Shown here: piece by piece, positions 21,844 to 33,665 of the stretch
How positions within the stretch are numbered: the first letter of the stretch is position 1
Layout of the letters: each line of letters starts with the position of its first letter
Assembly (NCBI GenBank): GCA_963726455.1
Contig: CAVSCK010000004.1
Coordinates: forward strand, 960,001-1,024,000
Reading direction: 5' to 3'
Length of the DNA: 64,000 nucleotides
DNA from: an uncultured bacterium
Lineage (GTDB): Bacteria; Zixibacteria; MSB-5A5; CAIYYT01
Position numbers and translations under genes: made by a program
The notes under the pieces: generated by a model
What the model was told of the DNA's origin: nothing
The model's input: the letters and a program-made list of their open reading frames with translations, nothing else
Databases searched by the model: none

Positions 21844-24538
21844 ATGAGTATGCAAGTTTCGCATCTGACCGATTATGGAGTGCCGCCCATGGTTGTCGAA
21901 TCATGGCGCGCCAAACTGGGCGAGGAATTATTGCCGGTACAACAGCGTGCCGTCGTCGACTGTCAGGTACTTTCCGGCGGCAGTCTTCTGATTGCCGCGC
22001 CGACTTCATCCGGCAAAACCTTTTGTGGCGAACTGGCTGCCGTCGCCGCCGTGTTCAAACGCAAGAAGGCGTTGATTGTCGCGCCGCTAAAATCCATCGC
22101 CGAGGAACGCTACACCGAATTCAACTCGCGCTATTCTGCCCTCGGTATCCGCGTCACAATTTCCACCGCCGATCGTAAAGACTTCGATTCCGACCTCGAA
22201 CGCGGCCGCTTCGACCTTGGCATTCTCGTCATCGAAAAATTCAACCAACTCCTCGTCAAGAATATCGACCTCCTCTCTTCCGTCGACCTCGTCCTGATCG
22301 ATGAAGTTCAAATGATCGCCGACCCTGAACGTGGCTGGTGTCTGGAGCTGGCGCTTCTGAAAGTGCTCAACTCCGGCTATCACCCACAGATCATCGCGCT
22401 TTCCGCGGTGCTCCGGGACGCCGGCAAACTTGCGAGCTGGCTCGGCTGTCGCTTGATCGAGGACAACTTTCGCCCCGTGGAATTGCGTCAGGGCGTTCTT
22501 TGGAAAGGCAATTTCCGCTTCCGCGAATTCAACTCCCATAATGAAGGACACGATACCTTCGCCGAAACGGATGCGGATGACGTCGAGGATATCCTTCAAA
22601 CCAACGTCACGCGTTTCGTGAATTCCGGCGAACAAGTGCTCGTGTTTCTCAAAACCCGGCGCGCCTGCGAACAGTTGGCGCAATCACTCGCCGAAAAGAA
22701 TTTCTGGCCGCCTGCCGAGACTTCAATCGCTCAGCTTCAGTCGGAAAACACTTCTCGCTTGAATCTCGCGCTGATCCAAACCCTGCATTCCGGAGTCGCC
22801 TTTCATCACGCCGATCTTTCCTACCGCCAGCGCCGCATCCTCGAAAACGGCTTCCGCGCAGGCGGGATCAGAGTCATGGTTTCAACAACCACTTTGGCGA
22901 TGGGTGTCAACTTGCCCGCCCAAACCGTCTTCGTCGATTGCTACCGCTACCAAACCGGCAGTCGCTCCGGCAAAGCCATCATCGTGCCGCTCGCCTGGAA
23001 CGAATACGAAGCCATGTCGGGCCGAGCCGGCCGCTACGGAGTACCACCCAACCCTGACCCTCGTCATTGCGAGGAGCAAGGGGCGAGGGGAAGTGTTGCG
23101 GGGAGCGACGAAGCAGATCTCCACTCCCTGCGGCAAATCCATCCTCATCGCCGGGTCCCGCGCCGAGGCCGAGACCATGTGGCAAACCTACATCGAGGGC
23201 AAACCGGGACGCGTCGAATCCCGCCTGGCGGCAAAATCACTCTACGATCTTGCGCTCGACCTGGTCGCCTCCCGTTTGGCGCAGAAAGTTGCCGACATCG
23301 GTGCTCTGCTGCAAAAAAGCTTCCACTGCCATCAGGGCGGCACCTTCAACAACGAGGTTGTCTCCGCTGTAATCACCAAACTCGCCGACCTGAAACTTGT
23401 CTTCATCGCTGACGACACAATCGCCACTTCACCCATCGGCATCCTTATCAGCAGGCGCGGCGTAAGTGTCGCGTCCGGCATGATGGTCGTCTCCTTCTGC
23501 CGCAAGTATCACTTCCCCGACCGGCTGAGTTGGTTGTACTTCGCACTCTCGCTCCCCGATGCCAACCAACTCCCGGTCTATCTCAACCGCGACGAACTTG
23601 AAAACGGCCGCTATCGCCGCCTGCTGCGCGAGTATGTCGCGACGAATGCGGCGGTCTCAGACGAACTCCAAAAGATGGCCGGCTGCGAGTATGTGCTTGC
23701 CGACGAACAGAACCTCCGTCTCAAAGCCGCCTTTCTCTTGCTTGGCTGGGTCACCGACCAATCGACTGCCGACATCGAACTCGATTTCGGAGTCAATGTC
23801 GGTTCGATCCTTCAGCTTGCCGAAACCGTCTCCTGGCTTCTCGATACGTCCGCAAGTGTTGCGGCATTGCTCGACCGGCCCGCCGATCTGGTCGACCAAC
23901 TGCGGCAAACAGCGCAATCCATCTCCGCCGGCTTTGATCTGCCCGACACGGCCCTTGCCGATGCCGGCTTCGACGCCGAACAGCGCGACCTGGTTTGGCA
24001 ACTATTCAATGCCGGCATCGTATCGCTAGAACATTTCTGCGCCGCTAACCGCGATCGAATTACGGAAATCGCCGGTGAGGAAATCGCCGGCAAACTGATC
24101 GACAAATTCACGGCTAAAGATACCAACGCAAATCAATCATCCGAGGAGGTTGATATGTCACAGCTACGTCTGCGGGGGCTGATGCGGGGCGACCGAGTCT
24201 ATTTCAACTTCAGTAACCGCGAAATAGACATCACCCCCAAAAGCTACAACTACCTTTTCAAGTTAACCGTCGCCCGTCTCTTGAATCCCGAGGGCTGGCT
24301 CTCCAAAGACGAGATCGAGCCCGGCTTCAATCAGGCGAAAAACATCTATCGCGTGAAACAGGAACTCAAGCGCTTCGCCACCGGCCTCGAATCGCGCATC
24401 GAAAACAACGGTTCCGGTTTCTACCGAATCAACCTGTCGCCGGAACAGATCAAGATCGATTTCGACTCCATGAAGGCGTTCTGCGATCTGGAGTTGGCCG
24501 AGCTGACCAAACGCCTGGAGGTTCAAGCAGTGAGTTAA
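21844..24538 (+). CDS. Ski2/Hel308-like SF2 helicase with C-terminal winged helix; +1 frameshift at ~23116
   Basis: APTSSGKT, DEVQ, LSAV, HHADL, STTTLAMGVNLPA, MSGRAGR; deleting G23116 fuses ORFs 21844 and 22904 (..SDEAISTPCGKSILI..). Confidence 0.82.
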
Positions 24539-24895
24539 GCGGTCAGCCCATCTGACTGTCGTACAATTGATTGCGAATTCACGCCCACGGGTTTTCTAGC
24601 AAACCGGTATTCTTGTTGGTGATGGTCGAGGGCAGTCCCCAAAACGGCTGCCCCCGAACAACCGGAAGGCATTGGGGGAATATGGGATTTGTCCGATAAG
24701 ATATATATCGGGTGGGGCAATGTGCCGGGAACGTGGGAAACTTCCCATTGTTCGGTAGGATAGGAGCAGCCGGTTGCCGCCTTCATTTGAGACGTAAACC
24801 GGAAACGCGCGGCGCATTGCTCAGGTAATGCAACGGGTGAGGAAGCATAGTAGCGGGAGTATAGGACAGCAAAGGGAAAGACGGAGACAGCAACA

Positions 24896-27358
24896 ATGGC
24901 ACAGGAAAAATCGGGTCTGGTAAAACAACTTCCGATCATACCGCTTCGGACTACCATCGTTTTCCCCGGCTGCGTCGAGACCCTGCAAATCAGCCAGCCG
25001 CATAATCTCAACTTGCTTCAAGACCTTGAAGACAGTCAGCACGAGATCGCGCTGGTCCCGCTTCGCGAAAGTCGCGAGGGCGCCGTCACCGAGGAAGACT
25101 TCTCTCCCATCGGTGTTCTGGCGCGTGCCGTCGCTGTCCAACCTTCCAAGGACAGCACTTACAGCGTCACCTTCGAGGCCGGGCAGCGCATTCAGTTTGA
25201 ACGGCTGGTCAAGACCGATCCTTACTGCGTCGGCGAATTTTCCTCGATTCTCCGTCGCAATGAAAACGGCTCGCTCGCCAAGACCATCGAGAAAATCTAT
25301 TCCTATGCCATGCGCATTCTCGAATCCGATCCCCACTATTCCACCGAGACGCAGGAAATTCTCAAAGCCAACCGTGATGATGTTGGCATGTTCATCGATA
25401 CCGTATCGCACCACCTCCACTTTTCCTTCGAGGAGAAACGCGACCTCCTCACCGGCCTGACCGTCAAGGAACAAGCGTTTTACCTGCTTGACCTCCTCAG
25501 CGAGGAATGCCAGCGGATGGAATTGGAGCAGGAATTGAAAGTCAAAGTCGAGGATGCCGTCAATCGCTCGCAGCGCGAATTCTTCCTGCGCGCCAAACTA
25601 AAAGAAATCCGGCGCGAACTCGGCGAGGATTTTGAAGACGACAACATGGCGAAATCCTATCGCCGTCGCATCAATATGATGACCGACCTGCCGCTCGAAG
25701 TCAAAGAGCAACTCTTCCTCGAAACCGAACGGCTGCGGCTGCTCTCAACCGCGTCCGCCGAGTACGGCTCCATCAAACGTTATCTCGACTGGCTGCTGGC
25801 AATACCCTGGGCCAAAAGCGCCGCGCAGGAACAGAACCTGGCGCGCGTTGAAAAAGTCATCGACAGCAATTTCTATGGCGCGACCGAAATCAAGGATCGC
25901 ATTACCGAATACCTGGCCAGCCGCCAACTGACCAAGAGCGTTTCCGCGCCGGTGTTGTGTCTTTCCGGACCCGCCGGTACCGGCAAAGCCAGTCTTGGCG
26001 CTGCCATTGCCGAAGCGCTCAATCGCCAGATGGTTCGCTTTAGCGTCGCCGGATTCAGTTCGCCCGAGGAATTGCGCGGTGAGCCGCACACACTCGAAGG
26101 CGCCATGCCCGGTAAAGTCGTCCGTTCGCTGATCGAGGCCAACTGCAACAACCCGCTCTTCCTCATCGAAGACCTCGACAAGCTCGCTCTGGATGAACCG
26201 CGCGTAGCCATTGCGCTCGCCTTTATCGAAGTCATCGACCAGCGCCAGAATCGCAAGTACATCGACGAGTACGTCGCGCTTCCCATCGACCTCTCGCAGG
26301 TCATATTCATCTTCAGTGTCCGCAGCACCGAGATGATCCCCGAACCGCTCCTGGAGCGCATGGATGTGATCGAGTTCACCGGTTATGTCGACCGCGAAAA
26401 AGTGACCATTGCCGAGAAATATCTGATTCCCGCCGTTCTCAAGAACACCGGCATCCAGAAAAGCGAACTTACCTTCTCTACGGGCGCGCTAAAAAATCTG
26501 ATTCAGAACTACACCATGGAAGCCGGACTCGGACAGGTTAAAGCCCGCATCGAGTCGGTCTGCCGCAAATTCTCCAAAGCCAAGGCGACGTCCAAAAGCA
26601 AAGTTTCCTGGTCGATCACCGAGGACAATCTCGAACACTACCTCGGCACACCGATCTACATTCCCGAAATGGCGGAAACCAAACCGGAAATCGGCGTCGC
26701 GGCCGGTGTGGCCTGGACTGGCGCCGGTGGCGACATCATGATGATCGAAGGCCTGAAAATGCGCGGCTCCGGCAACGTCACCTGTACCGGATCGCTCGGC
26801 GATGTCATGCGTGAGTCCGTGCAAGCGGCGCATAGTTTCGTGCGCTCGCGTGCCGATTACCTGTCGATCCCCTATGAAGATTTCAGCAATTACGACGTCC
26901 ACATCCACTTCCCGCAGGGCGCCATTCCCAAGGACGGCCCCTCTGCCGGTGTGACCATCTCGCTGGTAATTGCCTCCGTTATGAGCGACCGTCCCATTCG
27001 CAACGATATCGCCATGACCGGCGAGGTTTCGTTGCGCGGTAAAGTGCTGCCGGTATCGGGAACCAAAGAAAAGATCGCGGCCGCCTATCGCGCCGGTATC
27101 TACAAATTCGTTCTTCCGACTCAGAACAAGAAAGACCTCAAGGAGATCACCAAGGAACTGCGCGATCAAATGGAATTCATCTTCATCGACCGCACCGACC
27201 AGTTGTTCGACATCGCCCTGATGGATCAAGTCCCGTCGGCCGAGTTGCTCGAAAACCTCCTGCGCCTGGAGAGCAAACGCAAACTCAATTCGCGCAAAGC
27301 CGTCAAGAAAAGCGCATCCAAGAAACGCGCCGCCAAATCCCGACGCAAATCGCAATAG
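24896..27358 (+). CDS. lon: Lon protease (endopeptidase La) with atypical AAA+ motifs
   Basis: [15 protein letters not shown]-domain, [46 protein letters not shown]. Confidence 0.88.
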   Translation: MAQEKSGLVKQLPIIPLRTTIVFPGCVETLQISQPHNLNLLQDLEDSQHEIALVPLRESREGAVTEEDFSPIGVLARAVAVQPSKDSTYSVTFEAGQRIQFERLVKTDPYCVGEFSSILRRNENGSLAKTIEKIYSYAMRILESDPHYSTETQEILKANRDDVGMFIDTVSHHLHFSFEEKRDLLTGLTVKEQAFYLLDLLSEECQRMELEQELKVKVEDAVNRSQREFFLRAKLKEIRRELGEDFEDDNMAKSYRRRINMMTDLPLEVKEQLFLETERLRLLSTASAEYGSIKRYLDWLLAIPWAKSAAQEQNLARVEKVIDSNFYGATEIKDRITEYLASRQLTKSVSAPVLCLSGPAGTGKASLGAAIAEALNRQMVRFSVAGFSSPEELRGEPHTLEGAMPGKVVRSLIEANCNNPLFLIEDLDKLALDEPRVAIALAFIEVIDQRQNRKYIDEYVALPIDLSQVIFIFSVRSTEMIPEPLLERMDVIEFTGYVDREKVTIAEKYLIPAVLKNTGIQKSELTFSTGALKNLIQNYTMEAGLGQVKARIESVCRKFSKAKATSKSKVSWSITEDNLEHYLGTPIYIPEMAETKPEIGVAAGVAWTGAGGDIMMIEGLKMRGSGNVTCTGSLGDVMRESVQAAHSFVRSRADYLSIPYEDFSNYDVHIHFPQGAIPKDGPSAGVTISLVIASVMSDRPIRNDIAMTGEVSLRGKVLPVSGTKEKIAAAYRAGIYKFVLPTQNKKDLKEITKELRDQMEFIFIDRTDQLFDIALMDQVPSAELLENLLRLESKRKLNSRKAVKKSASKKRAAKSRRKSQ

Positions 27359-27427
27359 GCGCTAGTCCAAAAACTCTCGACTCAAATTTCTCTGGCTAAC
27401 TGCACTTCATCTCATTAGCGTTGTCCT

Positions 27428-27712
27428 ATGCCTGACGATTCCGACCAACCCGTTGAATACCCCATCGACGGCATTCTCGACTTGCATCACTTCGCGCCAA
27501 AGGACATCAAGGTTCTCGTGCCCGAATACATTGAGGCCTGCTTGGAAAAAGGAATCACCGAAATCAGAATCATTCACGGCAAGGGCATCGGCAATCTGCG
27601 CCGCACTGTTCACGCCCTGCTCGACCGCAACGCACACGTCCTTTCCTACCGCCTCGACAGCCAGTCCGCATCATCCTGGGGCGCAACTTTGGTAACGTTG
27701 AAGAAGCTCTAG
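27428..27712 (+). CDS. Smr domain protein
   Basis: LDLHHF, IRIIHGKGIGNLR, SWGATLV. Confidence 0.88.
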   Translation: MPDDSDQPVEYPIDGILDLHHFAPKDIKVLVPEYIEACLEKGITEIRIIHGKGIGNLRRTVHALLDRNAHVLSYRLDSQSASSWGATLVTLKKL

Positions 27713-27743
27713 ATTTCTCGGAAGTCAGTCGCCGGCCGTCGGC

Positions 27744-30386
27744 CTATGGGCATGCGGCGCATGGCGCTGCTCCATAATTGAAGATGTAGTTCACAAGGTA
27801 GACCACATCGGTAATCAACACTACACCGTCGCAATCAGCGTCGCCTCTCTCCCATGGCGCAGGCGGATTGCCATCATTGAAAATGTATTGCACCAAATAT
27901 ACGGCATCGGCGATACTAACTTCATTGCTGCTGTCGGCATCACCGCACATATAAGAAACTAACCTGAAACCCTGTATCACGGTTTGACACCTGCTAACTA
28001 GGAGCACGCTTACTAAATCGTTACTCCAGCCGCCTGGAGCAATGCCCTCTATTGTGTCGCCATGTGCTTGACACCACTGCGGATATTCGAACCACAGATA
28101 ATTCCTGAGGGAATCCACTATCACATTCGATCTAAGTGTATATCGGAAATATTGCCCTGAGCGCAACGCAGTGTCTTCAGGGGGGATCAGCCTGGGCATC
28201 AACGCTTCTCCGACCTTCACTGATACCACCTCAGTATCTGCCAGCACGTCATCGGTTACGATTGCTCCAAAAGAGAAATCTGTCGCCGTGCAGCCCACGA
28301 TGCCCGATGCTGTCGTCGAGTCAACGTGGAAACCTGACGGAAGATTCTCAAAGCTATAGCTCAATCCTCTTCCGTCACAATCAGGATCATTTGCCTCAAG
28401 CATGTATGTGAACCTCATACCCCTCCGCGTCGAATCGCTCGTCGACGACAGGATCACAGGAGGATGATTTCCTTGCCCGATATCGCAGTTATAATTGTCA
28501 ACGGCCATTAACTCCAGCGAGAGCGGCAGCGCAACTGCGAACGCCGTATCCGACGGCCAGGCGCCGCACATGCCACCGTCGAATATCGGGGTAATCGGAA
28601 ACGGATTCGAGGGATCACTGATGTCAGCAAACCGCCAATAATCGCTGGGCGAGCCGTAACAAGCGTACCTTCCATTTACCGACATGCAGTATGCAGGAAC
28701 GTCCTCGATCTGCGACACGAGCCAGGGATTGGTTATGTTCGAGACGTTTACAATGCATACCGTACCACCGTAACCGCTGACGTCTGGGCATCCCACGTAG
28801 ACATAGTCCCCCTGTATCCGTAATTCGCTTGCTTCGTCTGGCAGGTCCAGGCGCGACACGAAGACCGGCTGCAAGGGGTTGGCGATGTTCAGGATCGTCA
28901 ATCCATCTAAGCCGGAGGACAGATATGCGATCGTATCACGCGCTACGACTCCGTAACACTCTGTCGAGTCGTTAAAGTACCCTGCTAACTTGGGGCTAAG
29001 TGGATCGCTCACGTCGAAGACTGCCAGGTATCGTGTCATAGGCATATAAGCGAAGTCACCTTCGACCGTGACATCACACGCTCCTCCCAAATCCGGAAAT
29101 CCGCTCACCACCTCCGGCTTCTCCGGGTTGCTCACATCCACTACTACAAGTCCTGCAGTGTACGAGGCCACGTAACAGAATCCGTCCTTCACGCAGGCGC
29201 GCACGCACCTGTCAGGCATATCGACATATCCGATTTCCTCGGGCTTCTCCTGGTTTCTGATGTTCACGATGTGCAAGCCGCCATCATAGTCGTCCACTTC
29301 ATACGCCAGTGTGTCTCTGGCGTAAACGCCGCCGCGGAATCCCGGCGAGCCCATTCGTAATGTCAAATGCGGCTTGGTAGGATCTGCAAGCGGAACTAAC
29401 CATACGCCTCTAGCCGACATCGCCATTGCCAACCGCGGAAAGACTTTCACATCGCTGAGATCCCATTGTGTATTGACTACGCCGATAACGGCCGGAGGTG
29501 AGCCGTTGAGATCCCACACCTGAATTCGCCGATCATTCAGAGCGACTACCATGAGACTGTCACAGACACCAAATCCAGCTATGTCAATCGATGTTGGGAT
29601 GCTTTGGATAACAGAGGGATTCGCAGGATTACTCAAGTCAATCGCGTCGACACCTTGATGGAGAGGGCCGACGTAAGCCATAGAACCGCCGACAACGACA
29701 TGATCTGCACCATATTGCACTAGCGTCGGACAAAGCAACTGAGGCAATTCAGAAATCGTCGCCCTAAGAATCATTAAGCCATCGTCTGTGGACGCAATCA
29801 GAACTGAGTCGCAGACTTCAAGATCATGAACACGCGCGGTTTGCCACGATGAACGTAACGTGAGTCCACCTGCGCTATCAACGCTAAAAACGGATATGCC
29901 TTGATAGTTGCCCGAAAAAATCAGAGAGTCATGCATACACAATGCGTCACAATACGTATTGTAGCGCCCCGTCTGTACCGGATTCCTAATAGTTGACAGG
30001 TCAAACACATGAATCCCGTAGAACGCCCCGACGGCGGCAAAATGCCCGTAGATTACAATGTCCTGCACTCCTCCATTTGTTTCCATCTGCGCGATCGGCG
30101 CCGTCTCCATTTTCTGCGGCGGGCGGACAATTGTTATGCCCCGCTGGGTTCCGTGCAAATAGTGGTCGCCGAATATGGCGGCTGCATCTGCCGGTGACCA
30201 CAAGGTGCTTCCTAGGTCTTTCAATTGGTAGTCCAGCACGTATGCATCCCGCGGTGACTGCGACGACCTTTCACGAACCCCGCCGGCAAGAGATGCTGGA
30301 CGATCTTGTGGAATCACTGCCTGTAAAGTAGATGACCAAGAGCTAAGAGAACATATCGTCAGCAAAGCTGCTGCCAGATTCCGCAT
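27744..30386 (-). CDS. secreted LVIVD-repeat protein with Ig-like domains and dockerin
   Basis: Start MRNLAAA (GGAGG RBS); repeats GLVVVDVSNPEKP and GLTILNIANPLQP; C-terminal CGDAD..GDADCDG dockerin. Confidence 0.85.
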   Translation of the reverse strand: MRNLAAALLTICSLSSWSSTLQAVIPQDRPASLAGGVRERSSQSPRDAYVLDYQLKDLGSTLWSPADAAAIFGDHYLHGTQRGITIVRPPQKMETAPIAQMETNGGVQDIVIYGHFAAVGAFYGIHVFDLSTIRNPVQTGRYNTYCDALCMHDSLIFSGNYQGISVFSVDSAGGLTLRSSWQTARVHDLEVCDSVLIASTDDGLMILRATISELPQLLCPTLVQYGADHVVVGGSMAYVGPLHQGVDAIDLSNPANPSVIQSIPTSIDIAGFGVCDSLMVVALNDRRIQVWDLNGSPPAVIGVVNTQWDLSDVKVFPRLAMAMSARGVWLVPLADPTKPHLTLRMGSPGFRGGVYARDTLAYEVDDYDGGLHIVNIRNQEKPEEIGYVDMPDRCVRACVKDGFCYVASYTAGLVVVDVSNPEKPEVVSGFPDLGGACDVTVEGDFAYMPMTRYLAVFDVSDPLSPKLAGYFNDSTECYGVVARDTIAYLSSGLDGLTILNIANPLQPVFVSRLDLPDEASELRIQGDYVYVGCPDVSGYGGTVCIVNVSNITNPWLVSQIEDVPAYCMSVNGRYACYGSPSDYWRFADISDPSNPFPITPIFDGGMCGAWPSDTAFAVALPLSLELMAVDNYNCDIGQGNHPPVILSSTSDSTRRGMRFTYMLEANDPDCDGRGLSYSFENLPSGFHVDSTTASGIVGCTATDFSFGAIVTDDVLADTEVVSVKVGEALMPRLIPPEDTALRSGQYFRYTLRSNVIVDSLRNYLWFEYPQWCQAHGDTIEGIAPGGWSNDLVSVLLVSRCQTVIQGFRLVSYMCGDADSSNEVSIADAVYLVQYIFNDGNPPAPWERGDADCDGVVLITDVVYLVNYIFNYGAAPCAACP

Positions 30387-30620
30387 ATTTGCCTCCCAGA
30401 AACAAAGTAAACCAACACGAACTTTTTGCCCCCGCCGCAAAGTTGCTATCATATTAGCTAATAGTCCCGTACTTGTCAAATTCTCAGTGCCGGATTTAGT
30501 TTTCTCTGAGTTTGTTTAACGGCGGAAATGAGCTAATTCCCCTTTGCGAGACATGGAACGCACCTTTTTCCAAACATTACTTGCCCGGCGCGTTGAGATA
30601 TCGGATATTCGCGCCCGACT

Positions 30621-31151
30621 ATGAGAGTCCAGGCACGCGAATTCCTACTTTTCCCCAATATCCTTAGTCTTGGCCGACTCGTATGCTTTCCAATACCGGT
30701 GATTCTTGTCGCCCGTGGCCACGACACTGCCGCTTTGATTCTAATTTTCGTGGGAATTGCCACCGACATTCTGGATGGCTACCTGGCGCGTAAATTCAAT
30801 CAGGTTTCCGAGCTGGGCAAGATCATTGATCCCCTCGGCGACAAACTCGGCACCGCCGCTCTGGTGATCGCGCTCGCCGTCTACCGCGACTTCCCGATCT
30901 GGGCGGCCATCTTTATCATCGCCCGCGATGTCGCCATCCTTTTCGGCGCTGCCTTCTTTATCGCCGCCGGCCAGCCGACACCCATGTCCAACATGATCGG
31001 CCGTCTAACCGCACTGGCCTGGGGCGCTTGCGTCCTAAGCTACCTTACCCCCTGGCATGTATTGCATGTGATATTCCTATATCTTGCGGTCGGCATGGTC
31101 CCCCTGTCGGTAGTCTTGTATCTCGTGCGCACTCGTCGCCGACGATCCTGA
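30621..31151 (+). CDS. CDP-alcohol phosphatidyltransferase (PgsA-like)
   Basis: PNILSLGR and TDILDGYLARKFNQVSELGKIIDPLGDK signature. Confidence 0.88.
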   Translation: MRVQAREFLLFPNILSLGRLVCFPIPVILVARGHDTAALILIFVGIATDILDGYLARKFNQVSELGKIIDPLGDKLGTAALVIALAVYRDFPIWAAIFIIARDVAILFGAAFFIAAGQPTPMSNMIGRLTALAWGACVLSYLTPWHVLHVIFLYLAVGMVPLSVVLYLVRTRRRRS

Positions 31152-31268
31152 CTCGCATATAACGATACCGCGAAGATGTCTAGGAGTTCAGACGAAGGCT
31201 CGTCGGTCTGAATCTATTCGCATGCGTTTTGTGAAGTCCGATTGCGAACTGCGACTACAACTGCACAG

Positions 31269-33555
31269 CTATCTGCATCCCGGTCCCTGGCACGGTGCCG
31301 GGCCGTCGGCAAAGATGTAGCGAATGATATACACGGCGTCCGAAATGTCAATACCTCCGCTGCAATCGACATCGCCGACTTCCATCGGATTCGGCGCCGG
31401 TCCGTCCGCAAAGATATATCTGATCAGATAGACTACGTCCGAAATATTGATATCGCTCGAAAGGTCGCAGTCACCGCAGAGATATTTCTGCCAACCCCCG
31501 ACATATCCCGACACTTTCTCGCCCGCAATTGTAAACATCCCGCCCGCCATCAGCTTTCCCTTGAACGTCGTCAGTGCATTAACCCCGAAATTCATTCCTG
31601 AGCCAAGCGGACTCCAGGTCGTGTCATTCCAGACCGCGATGAAATTGGTCGCCGTTGTTCCGGCAGAGGTAAACCAGCCGCCCGCTATCAGATTTCCGTT
31701 GTACACCGTCAGTGCCAGCACGTCAGGTGTATAGACTCCCTGCAAACCTGTTCCAAGCGCGCTCCAATTGCTGCCGTCCCAGGCCGCCACACCGCTGGCG
31801 TTGACCTCTCGTACTGATGTAAACGATCCCCCGACCATCAGCTTGCCGCCGAACACCGTGAGTGAATAGACCCACCCGTCGACACCCTGACTCAGTGACG
31901 ACCAGGTGTTGCCGTCCCACGCTCCGATTCCGAGCGCCGGTACCGTTCCAATCGATGTGAACGCACCGCCTGCATAGAGCTTGCCGTTATAAACCGCGAG
32001 TGCATCAATCCAACCGTCCGGGCCGGAATCCAGCGCCGCCCACGAGCTGCCATTCCATTTCGCAATTCGATTTGCGTCGCCGCCTCCTGCCGTCGTGAAA
32101 CCACCGCCGACGATCAGGCAGCTATCGTACACCGTCATCGCGTTGATATCGTTATTTACGCCGCTACCCACCGGGGACCATGACACGCCGTCCCAAGCCG
32201 CAATACGACTTGCCGCTGCGCCGTCCGCCTGCGTGAAAGCGCCGCCTGCGTATAACTTTCCGTCATATTCCGTCATCGCCCAAACTTTGTCGTTAAACCC
32301 CGCGCCTAGCGCTGTCCACGCCGCGCCGTCCCAGGCAGCCACATGATTGGCGGCTTGACCACCCATCACGCGGAAAACTCCGGCCGCAATCAGTTTGCCA
32401 CCATATTCCGCAAAACAATAGACCGGACCGTTCGCACCCAATCCCATCGCCGACCATGTGCTTCCCGTCCATGATCCGATATTCGCAACCGGTAATCCTC
32501 CGGCCTCCGTGAGCCATCCGCCGGCTACCAGGTTCCCGCCAAAATCTGCCAAGGCCGCCACACCCCCTTTCGACACCGTACCGACTGCTTGCCACTGCAA
32601 TCCATCCCACGTCAAAACGCAGTTTGGTGATTCGGCGCCTTCCGTCACGTCGCGTCCACCGGCTATCAATTGGCCATCATGAACTCTGAGCGCATATACC
32701 GCTGTGAAAGCGCCGATCGTAATTCCGGGGCCAATCGCCGACCACGAACTTCCGTTCCAACTGGCGACGCATTTTGCCGTCAGATCGTTCGCCTTGGAAA
32801 ACATTCCGCCCGCAATCAATCGCCCCTGATATGTCGTCAATGCCGCCACCGTGTTATTCATTCCCGTTCCCAACGCCGACCATGTGCTGCCGTTCCACGA
32901 CGCAATTCGGTTCACTACAGTCGTTCCGGCTTGCAGGAAATTTCCGCCCGCAATCAGGCAGGTATCAAACGCTGTCACCGAATAAACCCGATCCGTAAGA
33001 CCCGAACCGACTGCCGACCACATGGCGCCATCCCAGGCGGCGATATGCAACGTCACGGAATCGCCCGCCGTCGTGAAGTCTCCTCCCGCAATCAGCTTGC
33101 CGCGATAAACCATGAGCGCCCGCACCGAACCGTTCATACCTGTGCCCAGAGTCGACCACGATGCTCCGTCCCACGCCGCGATATAATTCGAGGTCAATCC
33201 TCCGGCAGTCGTGAATTCGCCGCTGACTATCAGCTTGCTGTCAAACGTTGTTACTGCAAACACTCTGCCGTTCGTTCCGGCATTCGAGCGAATCCCATAC
33301 CGAACCGTTCCACGACGCGATATTGCGCGCTTGCACGCTTCCGGCAACTTTGAAATCACCGCCGGCGATTAACTCCACACCGTAATTACCAAGTGCCAGC
33401 ACCGGACCGTCAATGCCCTGAACGTTAAACCCCGACTGCCAATATTGATCATCCGGATTCGGAATGGCCTGCGCGGGATATGTCTGCGATACAACCAGAG
33501 CGCAAATAAGGGTCAGCCAGGTCCGCGCCGTCGATACGAGCTTCATTGTTCGCAT
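31269..33555 (-). CDS. secreted WDG/WNG-repeat beta-propeller protein with dockerin; +1 frameshift near 33285
   Basis: Signal peptide MRTMKLV joins the 31269 ORF after removing one base (..WDSLNAGTNG..); about 13 LIAGGxF..IAAWDGxxW repeats; dockerin. Confidence 0.8.
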
Positions 33556-33665
33556 AACTAATCCTTTAGTTGCGAGTTTGTTGCGTTTGCGACAAGATGC
33601 ATTCTGCATTCCTCTGATCACAACCACAATCACTTTCTATTCCATCCGCATCCGGATTCATCAAA

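Noticed and set aside
24560-24890. ncRNA upstream of lon
   Set aside because: A few short hairpins only; no recognisable family, promoter or terminator.
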